DNA of 59,383 nt from a virus (Duplodnaviria > Caudoviricetes). The notes beneath the pieces were generated by a model, which was given only the letters and a program-made list of their open reading frames with translations, was not told the origin of the DNA and ran no database searches. Positions 58,594-59,383 of the stretch are shown piece after piece; the stretch's first letter is position 1; each line of letters begins with the position of its first letter. The stretch spans positions 1 through 59,383 of IMG/VR virus record IMGVR_UViG_3300045950_000335, one strand, 5' to 3'. A program made the translations under genes and the position numbers.

Positions 58594-58839
58594 ATGAATC
58601 TCTACCACTTTTGCGCGATGAGACAAGGCGAAAGCGCTGGTGTTTTGTCATACGCCGATGGAACAGTTTCGTCGTCAGGCAATTTTGCTGATGCTGAAGA
58701 ATACGTGAAGTTGAAGAGGGCGATAGTCAAATACATCAACGCCAACGGCGGACACGCCACGGAGGTTGTTCTGCTGTCGCTGACGCTCATTGGGGAAGTG
58801 CCGGCTAACTTGAATTCAACGACACCACCTGTCGCGTGA
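58594..58839 (+). CDS. Cassette ORF: hypothetical protein (81 aa), reads through the candidate attI
   Basis: ATG after AAGGG; lower GC than flanks. Confidence 0.6.
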   Translation: MNLYHFCAMRQGESAGVLSYADGTVSSSGNFADAEEYVKLKRAIVKYINANGGHATEVVLLSLTLIGEVPANLNSTTPPVA

Positions 58840-58853
58840 ACAGGGGTCGCGTG
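58803..58853 (-). other. Candidate attI site
   Basis: Minus strand GTTGAATTCAA-GTTAGCC core with no attC hairpin partner; direct repeats GTCGCGTG at 58831 and 58846; adjacent and divergent to the IntI-type gene. Confidence 0.6.
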
Positions 58854-58891
58854 CCGTATAACTCGATCACGCACAACTGGAGGGCCGCATC

Positions 58892-59383
58892 ATGACTGAT
58901 CTCTTGGAATTGAACGCGACAGCGCAAACCGTTCAACGCGACACGCCTGCCGTGCCGCACGAACCGCCGCGCCCGGTGAAGCTGCTCGACCAGGTGCGCG
59001 AGCGCATCCGCACGCTGCACTACAGCCGAGCCACCGAGAAAACCTACCTCTACTGGATCAAGTTCTTCATCCTCCAGCAAGGCAAGCGCCACCCGCGCGA
59101 CATGGGCGCCGCCGAGGTCGAAGCCTTCCTCTCGCACCTCGCCACCGCTCGCGAAGTCTCCGCCGGCACGCAGAACCAGGCCATGCACGCCATCCTGTTC
59201 CTCTACAAGCAAGTCCTCGGCATCGACCTGCCCTGGCTCGAAGTCGTCCGCGACGTCCTCGGCCATACCAGCGTGCGCACCACCGAGCGCTACGCCCACC
59301 TAGCCGTAGATCGGCAGCGCGAAGCCCTGCAGGCGCTTTCACGCGCCGTCAAAAAGTCCAGGGGTGTAGCAAATCCGGTGTAA
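58892..59383 (+). CDS. Chimeric/truncated tyrosine recombinase: IntI-type N-terminal domain fused to LGH..TT..YAH tail; probably catalytically incomplete
   Basis: LLDQVRERIRTLHYS..TEKTY..WIK.FI...KRHPRDMG..EVEAFLSHLA....VS..TQNQA..A.LFLYKQVL..DLPWL, then directly EVVRDVLGHTSVRTTERYAHL. Confidence 0.8.
   Translation: MTDLLELNATAQTVQRDTPAVPHEPPRPVKLLDQVRERIRTLHYSRATEKTYLYWIKFFILQQGKRHPRDMGAAEVEAFLSHLATAREVSAGTQNQAMHAILFLYKQVLGIDLPWLEVVRDVLGHTSVRTTERYAHLAVDRQREALQALSRAVKKSRGVANPV

Noticed and set aside
58829-58843. CTG...CAG upstream of intI as a LexA box
   Set aside because: Spacer is 9 nt rather than 10 and is GC-rich; SOS control of intI is not supported directly.

Overview
GC-rich window, probably from a betaproteobacterium. 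Two unrelated prophages sit back-to-back around a ~1.8 kb host core (tRNA-Glu, tRNA-Ala, gltX, tRNA-Val). Left (1-~19197) is the right part of a P2/phiCTX-like myoprophage: tail sheath, tube, chaperone, tape measure, gpU, gpD, a hicAB plus WYL-BRCT moron block, an immunity switch, Ogr, a primase-helicase, a cytosine methyltransferase, and a large serine integrase whose C-terminus is encoded antisense to tRNA-Glu. Right (~20940-59383) is a podovirus-like temperate prophage next to tRNA-Val: lysis genes, tail fibre, a 2671-aa multi-domain ejection protein, capsid, portal, terminase, a lambdoid replication and CI/Cro switch, an initiator-like tRNA-Met, and RecT/YqaJ. The most striking signal is at the end of this phage's early operon (56844-59383): an integron-like array with three well-formed attC sites, a distal half-site, a candidate attI and an IntI-type gene. 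All cassette ORFs are inverted relative to the attC polarity, so they are co-oriented with the CI-controlled phage early promoter. The IntI gene is a 163-aa chimera: an IntI N-terminal domain fused directly to a phage-integrase-like C-terminal tail, with the catalytic core missing. All calls come from reading motifs by eye; no searches were run.
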